64,000 nucleotides of DNA from Candidatus Omnitrophota bacterium (GTDB lineage Bacteria; Omnitrophota; Gorgyraeia; Pluralincolimonadales; Pluralincolimonadaceae), in assembly GCA_041651455.1 (NCBI GenBank), contig JBAZJG010000002.1:127892-191891 (forward strand), given 5' to 3'. Positions 9,364 to 19,398 of the stretch are shown piece after piece. How positions within the stretch are numbered: position 1 is the stretch's first letter; each line of letters opens with the position of its first letter. Below the pieces are notes generated by a model. That model did no database searches. It was not told where the DNA came from and saw only the letters and a list, made by a program, of their open reading frames with translations. The position numbers were made by a program, and so were the translations under genes.

Positions 9364-10098
9364 TTGATTGGGGCCATAATGCTTGAAATAAAAAACCTGT
9401 CGGTCAACATAGGCGATAAACCTATATTAAAAGGAATAGACCTCTCCATCAAGAAAGGCGAGGTCGTGATCCTCTTCGGGCCGAACGGAAGCGGAAAATC
9501 AACTCTGATAAAGACGATAGCGGGGTTCAGCGGATATTCTGTCACAGGAGGGAGCATCGCGCTGAAGGGTAGACCGGTATTGCCGCTCCAAACGGAGGAG
9601 AGGGCAAAGCAGGGCCTCGGCATCATGTTCCAGCATCCCCCCGCGATACGCGGCGTGAAATTACACCAGATAGCGCGTTTCCTCTCCAAGGACGAGCAGA
9701 AGATCGACGAGTTAGCCGAGAAATTATCCCTCAAAGACCACTTAAACCGCGACATAAACGTCGGTTTCTCCGGCGGCGAGATGAAGCGTTCCGAACTGTT
9801 CCAACTGATACTCCAGAACCCCGACTTGCTGCTCCTGGACGAGCCGGAATCCGGCGTCGACCTCGAGAACATATCGATAATGGGCAAGGCGCTCGACCAT
9901 TACCTGAAACAGGAAGGTAAATCCGCGCTGATAATCACGCACACCGGATATATCCTCGATTATGTTAAGGCGGCGCGCGGTTGCGTGATGATAGACGGAA
10001 AGTTCTGGTGCGCCGGAGACCCGAAGGAGATGTTCAGGAACATCCGCTCGAAGGGTTATGAACATTGCAAGGTGTGCGAATGCCCGCAGACGAACTGA
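9364..10098 (+). CDS. sufC: Fe-S cluster assembly ATPase SufC.
   Basis: 244 aa. Walker A GPNGSGKST, ABC signature FSGGEMKRSELFQL and Walker B LLLLDEPESGVD. It is followed by sufB/D. Confidence 0.8.
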   Translation: MIGAIMLEIKNLSVNIGDKPILKGIDLSIKKGEVVILFGPNGSGKSTLIKTIAGFSGYSVTGGSIALKGRPVLPLQTEERAKQGLGIMFQHPPAIRGVKLHQIARFLSKDEQKIDELAEKLSLKDHLNRDINVGFSGGEMKRSELFQLILQNPDLLLLDEPESGVDLENISIMGKALDHYLKQEGKSALIITHTGYILDYVKAARGCVMIDGKFWCAGDPKEMFRNIRSKGYEHCKVCECPQTN

Positions 10099-11183
10099 AA
10101 AATAAAGTAGAGAACATGGATGCCGACAGGGTTTCATCCTCGGGTATGGACCTGTCCGAGAAGACGCGCTCCGCGAGCTTCCTCCAGCAGGACTCGCAGG
10201 TGCAGTTCCGCCGCAGTTTATTCGAGGGCATCGAGATAATGAGCACGAACGAGGCGCTCGAGAAAATCCCCGAGGCGCGCGAGTATTACGGCAAGGCGTT
10301 CAAGTCGCTGGGCCGCGAATTCCCGGCGGACACCGACGGCGGCTATTTCATCCGCGTGAAGAAAGGCAAGACCGTCGAGCTGCCGATACAGGCGTGCCTG
10401 CTGCTCAAGAAACAGGGTTTTAAGCAGAAGGTCCATAATATCGTCATCGTAGAAGAGGGCGCGAAGGTATATCTCATAACCGGCTGTTCCGCGTCTAAGG
10501 CCGCGGACGAGGGCTTCCACCTCGGCATCTCCGAGTTCTTCATAAAGAAGGACGCTTACCTGAATTTCACCATGATACACACGTGGAAGGAAGACGTGAC
10601 CGTCAAGCCGATGGGCATCGCGCTCGTCGACGAAGGCGCGACATACATATCGAACTACGTCTGCATGAAACCCGTAAAAGAGATAACGATGTACCCGACG
10701 GCCGTCCTGCAGGGAGAAAGGGCGAGGGCGAGCTTCAACACGCTGGTGCTGTCGCACCCGAACACGCTGCAGGACATCGGCTCCCGCATAATCTTCAAGG
10801 CCGACAATACGCAGGGCGAGATGATAGCGCGCGCGGTCAGCCTGGGCGGAAAAATGATATCGCGCGGCCAGCTGAAGGCCGAAGCCGAGAACGTCAAGGC
10901 CCACCTCGAATGCCGCGGGCTCATAATTTCGCGCGAAGGCACGGTCGAGGCGATCCCCGAGCTTGACAGCAACTACCGCGACGTAGACATGTCCCACGAG
11001 GCAGCCATCGGCAAGATAAGCAAGGAGGAGATAGAATACCTCAGCGCGCGCGGCATGTCCGTCGAAGAGGCCCAGTCGGTCATCATCCGCGGTTTCATGG
11101 ACGTCGAGATCCTCGGGCTTCCCGACATGCTCAAGAAAGAGATCGAATCCCTCGAGGATCGCTCCCTCAAAGGCAGCATGTAA
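10065..11183 (+). CDS. sufB: Fe-S cluster assembly protein, SufB/SufD family.
   Basis: 372 aa overlapping sufC. C-terminal beta-helix SufBD-type repeats. This is a minimal sufCB arrangement. Confidence 0.65.
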   Translation: MQGVRMPADELKNKVENMDADRVSSSGMDLSEKTRSASFLQQDSQVQFRRSLFEGIEIMSTNEALEKIPEAREYYGKAFKSLGREFPADTDGGYFIRVKKGKTVELPIQACLLLKKQGFKQKVHNIVIVEEGAKVYLITGCSASKAADEGFHLGISEFFIKKDAYLNFTMIHTWKEDVTVKPMGIALVDEGATYISNYVCMKPVKEITMYPTAVLQGERARASFNTLVLSHPNTLQDIGSRIIFKADNTQGEMIARAVSLGGKMISRGQLKAEAENVKAHLECRGLIISREGTVEAIPELDSNYRDVDMSHEAAIGKISKEEIEYLSARGMSVEEAQSVIIRGFMDVEILGLPDMLKKEIESLEDRSLKGSM

Positions 11184-11201
11184 GTGTATGGCCCCTATTT
11201 A

Positions 11202-11648
11202 CTATTTACGGGCGAAGAGCTTGATTATCGAGCGGCGGGTGAAGAGGTAGAGGAAGAAAGACGGCACGAGCACCAGGCATACCAGCACTTCCAGCCAATA
11301 GTATAATCCGCGTATATCATTTACGGCCATCGGGCCGACGCCTGCCGGAAGCATATGGTGGAGGAAGCGGATCATTATGAAGATCGACACTCCGAACAGC
11401 AGGGCGATCACCGAGAGCGCGAGCACCATGTTCCTCGCCCAGTTCTTGAACGACAACAGCCCGAAACCCATCAGAATAGCCAGGACCGCGAACAGCGTTA
11501 TTATCGTGAAATTAATGGAATAGAACATACGCAGGTGCGCGTCGGGACAGCCGAGTATGAAATGGTAACGGGGCCAGAAGCGCGTAAGGTGGAACGCGCC
11601 GAAGACGAGCAGGTACAGTCCCGATAGCCGTACAAGCAATTTTCTCAT
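11202..11648 (-). CDS. Small polytopic membrane protein, function unknown.
   Basis: Multiple hydrophobic helices. The listed 205-aa ORF (to 11819) overlaps the + strand permease start by about 130 nt. An internal Met (MRKLLVRL, start at 11648) removes the overlap. This is the only convincing minus-strand gene in the window. Confidence 0.4.
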   Translation of the reverse strand: MRKLLVRLSGLYLLVFGAFHLTRFWPRYHFILGCPDAHLRMFYSINFTIITLFAVLAILMGFGLLSFKNWARNMVLALSVIALLFGVSIFIMIRFLHHMLPAGVGPMAVNDIRGLYYWLEVLVCLVLVPSFFLYLFTRRSIIKLFARK

Positions 11649-11687
11649 GATAGCTATTATACGACTTTTATAGTAAAATACAACAAA

Positions 11688-12731
11688 ATGGATATAATTA
11701 CAGGGCTTCTTAAGGAGATCTGGCACACATTCAACGAGGCCGCGCCGTATATACTCTTCGGCACGTTCATGGCCGGCGTCATACAGACCTTCGTCGATAA
11801 GGACAGGATAGCGAAACACCTCGGGAAGCCGGGTTTCAAGTCGGTCTTCATGGCCGCGCTTTTCGGTATCCCGCTGCCGCTGTGCTCGTGCGGCGTCCTG
11901 CCGACGGCGATGTCCCTGCGGAAGAACGGCGCTTCGAAAGGCGCCACGCTCGCTTTCATGATATCTACGCCTGAGACGGGTATCGATTCGATAATGCTCT
12001 CGTTCGCGTTACTGGACCCCATCATGGCGGTCTTCAGGCCGGTGGCTGCGTTCATCACGGCAGTCGTCGCCGGCATATTGGAAAATATATTCGGCCATAA
12101 GGAAAAAGCACCGGAGCTTCCTAAAGAGGAAAAATGCCCGCACTGCATGTCCGGTGCCCCCGGGCACCGTCCACATTACGGCAGGCGCCTGATCGAAGGC
12201 ATGAAATACGCTTTTGTCGACCTGCTCGGCGATATAGCGTTGTGGCTCGCGCTCGGGATCGGCATCGGCGGCGTCATATCGTATTTCGTGCCGGCGTCCT
12301 TCATAGAGAACTACCTCGGCCGCGGCCTTTCAGCGATGTTCATAATGCTCGTCATCGGGATACCCCTTTACATCTGCGCCTCGGCGTCGACGCCGATAGC
12401 GTCCGCTCTGATAGCGAAGGGGATGGCTCCGGGCGTCGCGCTCGTATTCCTGCTCGCCGGGCCCGCGACGAACACCGCCGGCGTGCTCGCGATAGGCAAG
12501 TTCCTCGGCAAGAGGTCGATAGCCATATACCTCGCCGCGATATCCATTTGCGCGATAGCGATGGGACTCCTGCTCAACATGTTATATTCCGTTTACAACA
12601 TCAACGCGAAGGCGCTCATGGGAAGCGGGGGGCATTCGATGCTGACGCACCATCTCGGCCTTGTCGCAGCGCCCGTGCTGGCCATACTGATGATAAATGC
12701 GGTCACGCGCCGTAATAAATGCGCCGATTGA
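11688..12731 (+). CDS. COG0701/UPF0718 permease, ArsP-like, with a vicinal-cysteine CSC motif and a Cys/His-rich loop.
   Basis: 347 aa and polytopic. LPLCSCGVLP resembles the ArsP TPFCSCS motif. It carries a CPHCMSGAPGHRPHYGRR loop and a C-terminal NKCAD. Confidence 0.5.
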   Translation: MDIITGLLKEIWHTFNEAAPYILFGTFMAGVIQTFVDKDRIAKHLGKPGFKSVFMAALFGIPLPLCSCGVLPTAMSLRKNGASKGATLAFMISTPETGIDSIMLSFALLDPIMAVFRPVAAFITAVVAGILENIFGHKEKAPELPKEEKCPHCMSGAPGHRPHYGRRLIEGMKYAFVDLLGDIALWLALGIGIGGVISYFVPASFIENYLGRGLSAMFIMLVIGIPLYICASASTPIASALIAKGMAPGVALVFLLAGPATNTAGVLAIGKFLGKRSIAIYLAAISICAIAMGLLLNMLYSVYNINAKALMGSGGHSMLTHHLGLVAAPVLAILMINAVTRRNKCAD

Positions 12732-12775
12732 CGGCGGGATTTGGTATAATAACCGTATAAGCAAGGAGGTAAGGC

Positions 12776-13159
12776 ATGAAAAAACTGGTAGCGCTGGCAG
12801 TTGTTATATGCTTTGCCGCAACCTGCCATGCGGCCTGGTGGGACAAGGACTCAAAGAAGGAAGGAAGCACAACCACGATAACAACCGGTAAAGACGCCGC
12901 AAAGAAGCCGGAACAAGCCCCCGTAAACGTAATGAAGGGCCTCATCATATCCGTAAATATCCCCCAGAACGAGATAGTCGTAAAGGACGAGAAGACGCTT
13001 ATCGACAGGGTCCTCATAGTAAAGCCCGAGATGTATAAGGCGATCAAGGTCGGAGACGCAGTCGAGGTCAAGACAAAAACCGGCTCAAGCATCGTCGACA
13101 ATATTAAGGTCACCAAGGCCGCATCGGTAGAGAAAAAGATCGGGAAGAAAACAAAATAA
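12776..13159 (+). CDS. Small secreted lysine-rich protein, function unknown.
   Basis: 127 aa with a signal peptide (MKKLVALAVVICFAATCHA). RBS AAGGAGG and a TATAAT-like box lie upstream. Confidence 0.5.
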   Translation: MKKLVALAVVICFAATCHAAWWDKDSKKEGSTTTITTGKDAAKKPEQAPVNVMKGLIISVNIPQNEIVVKDEKTLIDRVLIVKPEMYKAIKVGDAVEVKTKTGSSIVDNIKVTKAASVEKKIGKKTK

Positions 13160-13171
13160 GGCGTTTCCTTT

Positions 13172-14107
13172 ATGAAAAAATTCATTAAAGACCTCAAGGT
13201 CAACGACGGAATCGAGTCCGTATTTTTCCTGAAGAAGAAAGAGCTCGCGCGCACGCAGGCGGGCAAGCCCTATCTCAAGATGACGCTCTCCGACAAGACC
13301 GGCCGCATGGAAGCGAAGATGTGGGAGGGCGGCGAGCAGGCCGACGAGATGGTTGCGACGGGGCAGGCGGTGTTCGTCAATGGCCGCGTCGATTCTTATA
13401 ACGGCCTGCAGATACGCGTGGACGGGATCCGCCTCGCCGACCAGAAGGAATACAAGTTCGAGGAGCTCGTCCGTTCCGTAGAGGACCCCGACAAGATATT
13501 CAAGAATATAAAAGAGATGCTCGACGGCATCCAGGACAAGTGGCTCTCCGCGCTTGTTAAGGAATTCCTCGACGACGATGAGCTGATGGCGAAGTTCCGC
13601 AAGTCGCCCGGCGCGCAGAACTGGCACAACGCATATATCGGCGGTCTCATGGAACACACCTACGAAGTGATGCACATCTGCCGCGAGGTATGCGGGCTCT
13701 ATCCCGAGGCCGACCGCGACGCGGTCATCATAGGCGCTTTCACGCACGACATCGGCAAGACGGTCGAGCTCGACATAAACACATTCGAATACACGCTCGA
13801 CGGCGGCCTGATAGGCCACCTGACGCTCGGTTTCGAGATATTATCGCGCAAGATCGCGGGCATCAAGGGATTCCCGCAGGAGAAGGCGCTCGCGCTCAAG
13901 CATATAATCCTCGGCCACCACGGCGAATACGACCAGCAGTCGCCGATACTGCCGAAGACGCTCGAGGCGACGATTGTCTACCACGCCGACGAGCTTGTCT
14001 CGCAGGCGAACGCGGTCAAGGAAGTTACCTCACAGCAATCCGACGGCGACAAGCTCTGGTCCAACTTCATCACTATCAAAAACCGCAAGTATCTGCTGAA
14101 GAAATAA
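13172..14107 (+). CDS. OB-fold plus HD-domain phosphohydrolase, YhaM-like 3'-5' exoribonuclease family.
   Basis: 311 aa with an N-terminal OB-fold and a C-terminal HD domain (HDIGK...HH). Confidence 0.6.
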   Translation: MKKFIKDLKVNDGIESVFFLKKKELARTQAGKPYLKMTLSDKTGRMEAKMWEGGEQADEMVATGQAVFVNGRVDSYNGLQIRVDGIRLADQKEYKFEELVRSVEDPDKIFKNIKEMLDGIQDKWLSALVKEFLDDDELMAKFRKSPGAQNWHNAYIGGLMEHTYEVMHICREVCGLYPEADRDAVIIGAFTHDIGKTVELDINTFEYTLDGGLIGHLTLGFEILSRKIAGIKGFPQEKALALKHIILGHHGEYDQQSPILPKTLEATIVYHADELVSQANAVKEVTSQQSDGDKLWSNFITIKNRKYLLKK

Positions 14108-14148
14108 GAAAAAACTTAGGAGCCACTGGCGAAGCCGTCCGAGGGGAC

Positions 14149-14694
14149 ATGACAGACAGTTCCAATATTTTCCTGTGGATCATCAAAACCTGCGGCAAAG
14201 TCATCCTGAAACCGTCGGAATTCTTCGGCGGCCTCAGCGGCAGGAAGCCGGAATATTGGCAGGCATACGCGTTCAGCTTCCTGCTGACGTTCTTTTCGGT
14301 GATAACGGCCGTCGTCGCGGACACGTTCCTGGCGTCATCGGGGTATTTCGCTTCCGCGATGCCGCCCGGCCTGTCGCTGTCGACGATGATAGGTGCGATG
14401 ATCGCTTCCGCCGTCGCTGTATTTTTCATCACCGGCCTGCTCCACGGCTGCCTTATCGTGGCGGGAAGCTCGGGAAGCATAAAGAAGACGTTCCTCGTGA
14501 CGGCTTACAGCTCCGCCTCGTACATATTTTTTGTCATCCCGTTCATCGGCGGGACGTTGAGCAACATAATCTGGATTATCCTGGTCATTACGGGCCTGAA
14601 AAAAATTCACGATATAAGCATTGTCAGGGCGATAGCCAGCGTTCTGGCGTTCATGCTCATTCCGGTGATCATCGGCATACTGTTCCTTAAGTAG
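14149..14694 (+). CDS. Yip1-domain membrane protein.
   Basis: The MTDSSNIFLWIIKTCGK start has a GAGGGG RBS 4 nt upstream. About 5 transmembrane helices in a Yip1/DUF1282-like layout. The longer listed ORF (13690) would overlap the yhaM-like gene, so the internal start was chosen. Confidence 0.45.
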   Translation: MTDSSNIFLWIIKTCGKVILKPSEFFGGLSGRKPEYWQAYAFSFLLTFFSVITAVVADTFLASSGYFASAMPPGLSLSTMIGAMIASAVAVFFITGLLHGCLIVAGSSGSIKKTFLVTAYSSASYIFFVIPFIGGTLSNIIWIILVITGLKKIHDISIVRAIASVLAFMLIPVIIGILFLK

Positions 14695-14702
14695 GAGGCA
14701 AA

Positions 14703-15083
14703 ATGTATAAAGTCGACGTTTCCTGCAAAGCCGGCAACACCTTCAACGTCTCATCCGGCGCGGCAAAGATGACGATAGACATCGCCGAAAAGGATAACCT
14801 CGGGCCGCTGCCGACGCTTTTGGCGGCGCTCGGCTCGTGCATCGGCGTTTACCTGCGCCGTTATGCCGATAACCTTAAACTTCCGATAGGGGAATTCAGT
14901 ATCAGCGTCGAGGCGGACCTCATCAAGGAGCCGCCGGTGGGCTTCCGCAGGATCAACGTCTCGGTGGACCTGAAAGGCGCCCAGTTGGATGAGCAGAAGA
15001 TGGAAGGGCTGGCACGCTTCATAAAGAACTGCCCGGTGCACAATACCCTGCACGGGAACCCGGAGATAGAGATAAGCCTCTGA
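14703..15083 (+). CDS. OsmC/Ohr-family peroxiredoxin-like protein.
   Basis: 126 aa with an OsmC fold signature (conserved Cys in LGSCIG) and a C-terminal NCPVHNTL motif. Confidence 0.65.
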   Translation: MYKVDVSCKAGNTFNVSSGAAKMTIDIAEKDNLGPLPTLLAALGSCIGVYLRRYADNLKLPIGEFSISVEADLIKEPPVGFRRINVSVDLKGAQLDEQKMEGLARFIKNCPVHNTLHGNPEIEISL

Positions 15084-17629
15084 TGACGAAATACCTGAGG
15101 ATGTCCCTGGTCTTTGCCGTTGCCGTCGCGATAGCATATGCCGCGAGCACGGTATTCGATTCTACGCAGTCGTTCTACATGAATTTCGCCACGGCCGAAC
15201 GGTATTTCAAAGCCGGCGACTATAACGCGGCCTTAAGGTATTTCGAGATAGCCCGCGCGATAAAGCCGGACGACGACAAGCCGGCCCCATACCTGCTCTG
15301 GATATATTTCAATCTCGATATGAAGGAACGCGCCGCCGGCATGCTCGAAGAGCTCCTGGCAAAAGATCCCACCGACGGAAAACTTCTTACGCAATATGCC
15401 GACGTATGTTATTCGCTTAACAACCTGCCCCGGGCCGAGGAGCTTTACCGCCGCGCATCCGCCGTGTCGAAAGATCCCGCAATAAAGAGGAGGCTGGCCG
15501 AAGTGCTTACATGGCAGCGCAAGTATGACGAAGCCATACCGCTGCTTAAGGAATTATATGATAAAGACCCGTCGGACAGGGAACTCGCCCTCGTATACGC
15601 GCAGGCGCTCGGTTACGGCAGATATCCCGAGGATGCGATAAAAGTATTCTCGTCGCTTGAACGGAAGTATCCCGGCGACATGAAAATCAAGTACCTGTTT
15701 GCCATCGTGCTGGAGTCCAACGGCAGCTTCAAGGCCGCGCGAAAAAGATATGCCGAATTGCTGTCGAATGAACCGGGGAATTTCGCGCTGAAGATGAAGG
15801 TCGCGCGCCTTTCCGCCTGGGCTAAGGACTATCCGGAGGCGGTCAGGCTGTATAAGGAGCTTCTTGCGTCGCGTCCGCACGACGTTGCGGTGACCGCGGA
15901 ACTTGCGGATGTCCTGTTCTGGTCGGCGGATTATGAAGGGGCCGCGGACCTTTATGCCGGCCTTACCCTCAGTTATGCAAAGGATAAGGAACGCCTTAAG
16001 AACCTCGGTTACTGCTACCTTGCCCTTAAGCGTTATGACGCCGCCTCCGAGCTGTTCAAGCGGCTGCAAAAGGCCTATCCTTCCGACGAATCCATACAGC
16101 TTGCGCTCGCGGACACCCTCTTCGGCGGCGGCAAACTGGCGGAGGCTGAGACGGAGTATTCCGCGCTTTTGTCGCGCAACCCTTCGGATATCGAGGTCAT
16201 GAAGCGCCTCTCGCAGCTGCTCGGTTCGGGAAGGAAATACGGCGACGCCGCTGCGCTGCTCAAGAAGATAATCGCCGCCGAACCGGACAATACCGAGGCG
16301 TTATGGTGGCTCGCGCGCATCCTTAGCTGGGACCGCAGGTATAAAGAGGCGCTGGCGGAATACGACAAGCTGATCGCGAAGGATCCCTCGAAAACCATGC
16401 CGCGCAGGGAGAAGGCGCGGATACTCGGCTGGATGCGGCGCTACATGGATTCGATAGCGGAATACAGGAAGATACAGGACGAGGCCGCGCGCGACGAGGC
16501 GGCCGCGCTCGAGATGTCCGCGAAGGAAGCCCTCTACAAGAGGTTCGACGCCGAAGCCATAAAAGCGTACGGGAAATGGCTCGATAAGGAGCCGGCCGAC
16601 CTCGAGGCGCTCTTCGACCTTGCGCAGGTCTATTCGAGGAACGGCCGTTGGGATGATGCGCGCTCGCAGTACGGGGAAGTCTTGGAAGTGTTCCCTTCGC
16701 ATTTCAGGGCGAAGGAGGCGCTCGCGAAGGTCGAACTGCTCTCGAAGTGCAAGGAGGTCTCGGGCGGGTTCGAGTATTTCGAGCAGGACAGTACCTCCCG
16801 CGACACCGACGAGAAATACTACGACGTCTATACGAAATTCCGCGCGCCGCTCATGAAGGACCTTTATCTTACCGTCCGCGAGGATACCTTCATCCATGAG
16901 TTCAGCGACATTTCGTCCGTCACGAGGGAGAAGGCGGGGGCGGGCCTCGAGCTTACGAAGATGCCGTTCTTCCGCGCGAAAGCGGAACTCTACGCGAGCA
17001 TGTATAACAAGGGATATAAGGACAACCTGAACTCGAACGAGGAAGCCGAATTAAAACCCGCGGGCTGGCTGCTCCTGGCGTTCTCGCATCTGCGCGACGA
17101 CGTGCTCGATAACTCCGAGACGCTGAGGCACAGCTTAAAGAAGGACGACATCAAGGGCCGCGTGCAGTTCGACCCGAACAGGCGGATATCGCTCGGCGGA
17201 GATTTCATGTATACGGACTTAAGCGACGGCAACGACAAGGATACGTTCGGCCTCGACGCGAAGGCCCAGCTTTTCTATGAGCCGCGGAGTTTAAGCCTGA
17301 AGTACAGGTATGAGCAGTATAATTACGATCGTAGCGGCGGTTATTATTTCTCTCCGGGAAGCTTCCATTACAACAGCGTGTCCCTGGAATGGCGCCATTT
17401 CCTCAACAAGGAGGAGCTCTTCTGGGGCTCGAACGACACATATTACACGCTGAGGTATACCGCGAATTTCGAGGTCAACGACAATATCGGGAACGTCTTC
17501 TACGCCGGGCTCTGCAAGGACTGGAACGACAGGTTCTCGACCCGCGCGGAATGGTCGAAGACGGTCTATAACCACAGGAAGGTCTACAGGGCCGACAGGG
17601 TGATGGTCTATGCGTCATACAAGTTCTGA
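15083..17629 (+). CDS. TPR-repeat protein with a C-terminal outer-membrane beta-barrel (PgaA/BcsC-like exopolysaccharide export porin).
   Basis: 848 aa with a signal peptide and about 12 TPR repeats. The C-terminal roughly 300 aa has alternating aromatic/hydrophilic beta-strands and ends ...YASYKF, a C-terminal Phe outer-membrane signature. It sits immediately upstream of a GT2 synthase. Confidence 0.6.
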   Translation: MTKYLRMSLVFAVAVAIAYAASTVFDSTQSFYMNFATAERYFKAGDYNAALRYFEIARAIKPDDDKPAPYLLWIYFNLDMKERAAGMLEELLAKDPTDGKLLTQYADVCYSLNNLPRAEELYRRASAVSKDPAIKRRLAEVLTWQRKYDEAIPLLKELYDKDPSDRELALVYAQALGYGRYPEDAIKVFSSLERKYPGDMKIKYLFAIVLESNGSFKAARKRYAELLSNEPGNFALKMKVARLSAWAKDYPEAVRLYKELLASRPHDVAVTAELADVLFWSADYEGAADLYAGLTLSYAKDKERLKNLGYCYLALKRYDAASELFKRLQKAYPSDESIQLALADTLFGGGKLAEAETEYSALLSRNPSDIEVMKRLSQLLGSGRKYGDAAALLKKIIAAEPDNTEALWWLARILSWDRRYKEALAEYDKLIAKDPSKTMPRREKARILGWMRRYMDSIAEYRKIQDEAARDEAAALEMSAKEALYKRFDAEAIKAYGKWLDKEPADLEALFDLAQVYSRNGRWDDARSQYGEVLEVFPSHFRAKEALAKVELLSKCKEVSGGFEYFEQDSTSRDTDEKYYDVYTKFRAPLMKDLYLTVREDTFIHEFSDISSVTREKAGAGLELTKMPFFRAKAELYASMYNKGYKDNLNSNEEAELKPAGWLLLAFSHLRDDVLDNSETLRHSLKKDDIKGRVQFDPNRRISLGGDFMYTDLSDGNDKDTFGLDAKAQLFYEPRSLSLKYRYEQYNYDRSGGYYFSPGSFHYNSVSLEWRHFLNKEELFWGSNDTYYTLRYTANFEVNDNIGNVFYAGLCKDWNDRFSTRAEWSKTVYNHRKVYRADRVMVYASYKF

Positions 17630-19157
17630 TATGAAAAACAACCAAGCGTCCCGCCTCTGCGTAGCCAAGGGGCTTATAGTCGCCGTTTTCGTGTTCATTA
17701 TAGTGTACGCGATCTTTCGCGCCGTGTTCGTAAGCTTCGCGCAGTATTCCGCCCTCGAGAAATCGCTGGCGGTCGTGTTTCTCGCTTCCGAGCTCTTCAT
17801 AATGTTCCATGCTATCGGGTATTTCAGCGGGATGTACCGCCTCGGATGCCGCGTGATGGCCGCGCGCGCCGTTGCGCCGCCTAAAGGCGAACATCCGTCG
17901 GTCGCGATACTTGTCCCGGCGAGGCATGAGCCGAGGAACGTGCTGGAAGGCACGCTCGCGTGCCTCTACAACCTCGATTATCCCGAAAAACACATATACC
18001 TCCTGGACGATTCCTCGGACGAGCGCTACAAGGAAGAGGCGAATGAGCTCGCCGAAAAATACAGGTGCGTGCTCTTCAGGAGGAAGGAACGCCATGGCGC
18101 CAAAGCCGGCATAATTAACGACTGCCTCAAGGGGCTCGACGAAAAATACGTGGCCGTCTTCGACGTCGACCAGAACCCCATGCCTTCGTTCCTGAGCAAG
18201 CTCGTGCCTTTAATGGAAGCGGACCCGAAGCTTGCCTTCGTGCAGACGCCGCAGTTCTACAGCAACACCGACGCGAGCCGAATAGCGGACTCCGCGAACA
18301 CCCAACAGGCGATCTTTTACGAATACGTATGCGAGGGCAAGAGCTCCGGCGAAGCGATGATCTGCTGCGGCACGAACGTGCTGCTCCGCCGCGAGGCTCT
18401 CGTGAGCGTCGGAGGGTTCGACGAGGCGTCGGTGACCGAGGATTTCGCGACATCGTTCCGGCTGCAGGTGAAGGGCTGGAGGACGCTGTATTATAACCAC
18501 GTCAATACGTTCGGAATGGGCCCCGAGAACCTCGGCGTATACCTTTCCCAGCAGAACAGGTGGGCGATGGGCAACGTCAGCGTACTCGGGAAGATCCTCC
18601 GGACCTTATTTACGAGGCCTTTTGCGCTGACTCCGCTGCAGTGGTTCGAATATTTCATCACGAGTACGTATTACCTCGTCGGATGGGCGTACCTTTTCCT
18701 CATCCTGTGCCCGGTCATCTACGTGCTATTCGGTATCCCGTCGTTCTTCATGAACCCCGTCGTATACTCGCTGACGTTCATGCCGTACCTGATACTTTCT
18801 ATCGCTATATTTTATTCGACCATGGGAATACGGCGCTACACGCCGAAGTCGGCTTTCCTCGCGCAGGCGCTCTCGTTCATCACGATACCCGTCTATATGC
18901 GCGCGGCGGCATACGGGCTTCTCGGCATAAAGAGTGCGTTCCAGGTCACGAAGAAAGGCGTCTCGGCCCGCATACCGTATATAAGGCTCTGGCCTCAGAT
19001 GCTCTTCCTCGCGCTGAATTATACGGCCCTCGTATGGGGAATAAACAAGTTTATTTATGGGCGGACAACCGCTATAATATTCAATATAGTGTGGCTTGCC
19101 TATCACTGCGTGCTCTTCTCGTCCATATTCTACTTTAACGAAGAGAAAGGCGGATAA
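17610..19157 (+). CDS. Processive family-2 glycosyltransferase (PgaC/cellulose-synthase-like) with an integral membrane domain.
   Basis: 515 aa. N-terminal transmembrane helices, DxD-type LLDDSSDE and VFDVDQ motifs, a TED motif, QQNRWA (QxxRW) and C-terminal transmembrane helices. There is no PilZ domain. Confidence 0.75.
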   Translation: MRHTSSDMKNNQASRLCVAKGLIVAVFVFIIVYAIFRAVFVSFAQYSALEKSLAVVFLASELFIMFHAIGYFSGMYRLGCRVMAARAVAPPKGEHPSVAILVPARHEPRNVLEGTLACLYNLDYPEKHIYLLDDSSDERYKEEANELAEKYRCVLFRRKERHGAKAGIINDCLKGLDEKYVAVFDVDQNPMPSFLSKLVPLMEADPKLAFVQTPQFYSNTDASRIADSANTQQAIFYEYVCEGKSSGEAMICCGTNVLLRREALVSVGGFDEASVTEDFATSFRLQVKGWRTLYYNHVNTFGMGPENLGVYLSQQNRWAMGNVSVLGKILRTLFTRPFALTPLQWFEYFITSTYYLVGWAYLFLILCPVIYVLFGIPSFFMNPVVYSLTFMPYLILSIAIFYSTMGIRRYTPKSAFLAQALSFITIPVYMRAAAYGLLGIKSAFQVTKKGVSARIPYIRLWPQMLFLALNYTALVWGINKFIYGRTTAIIFNIVWLAYHCVLFSSIFYFNEEKGG

Positions 19158-19158
19158 G

Positions 19159-19398
19159 ATGCCGGACAGGGACGAAATACTGCATTTCCTGGGGGAATGC
19201 CTCAGGATGGAGGAGGAGGTCATACCGCTCTATTCGAAGCACATCGAAAGCAGCCTCTTCCTTTCGGGATTCCGCGAGGCGGACCGCGCCAGGGCCGGCG
19301 CAATACTAGATACGCTGCGCAAGGACTCTATGCGCCATAAAGAGGTTTTTAACGGCCTCATAAAAAAGGTCAAGGAGGCGGGCGCCGATGTTTACTAA
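19159..19398 (+). CDS. Small hypothetical protein with a possible ferritin-like half-site.
   Basis: 79 aa from an internal ATG at 19159 with RBS AAAGGCGGA. Helical, with EEEVIPLYSKHIE (ExxH). Confidence 0.35.
   Translation: MPDRDEILHFLGECLRMEEEVIPLYSKHIESSLFLSGFREADRARAGAILDTLRKDSMRHKEVFNGLIKKVKEAGADVY

Noticed and set aside
11157-11230. An intrinsic terminator between the convergent sufB and the minus-strand membrane gene (GCCCCTATTTACTATTTACGGGC).
   Set aside because: Only a 4-bp GC stem with a tandem TATTTAC repeat and no U-tract. Too weak to call.
13690-14148. The N-terminal extension of the 334-aa + ORF overlapping the yhaM-like gene.
   Set aside because: It would overlap about 420 nt of a well-supported gene in another frame. 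An internal ATG with a GAGGGG RBS gives a sensible Yip1-like membrane protein.
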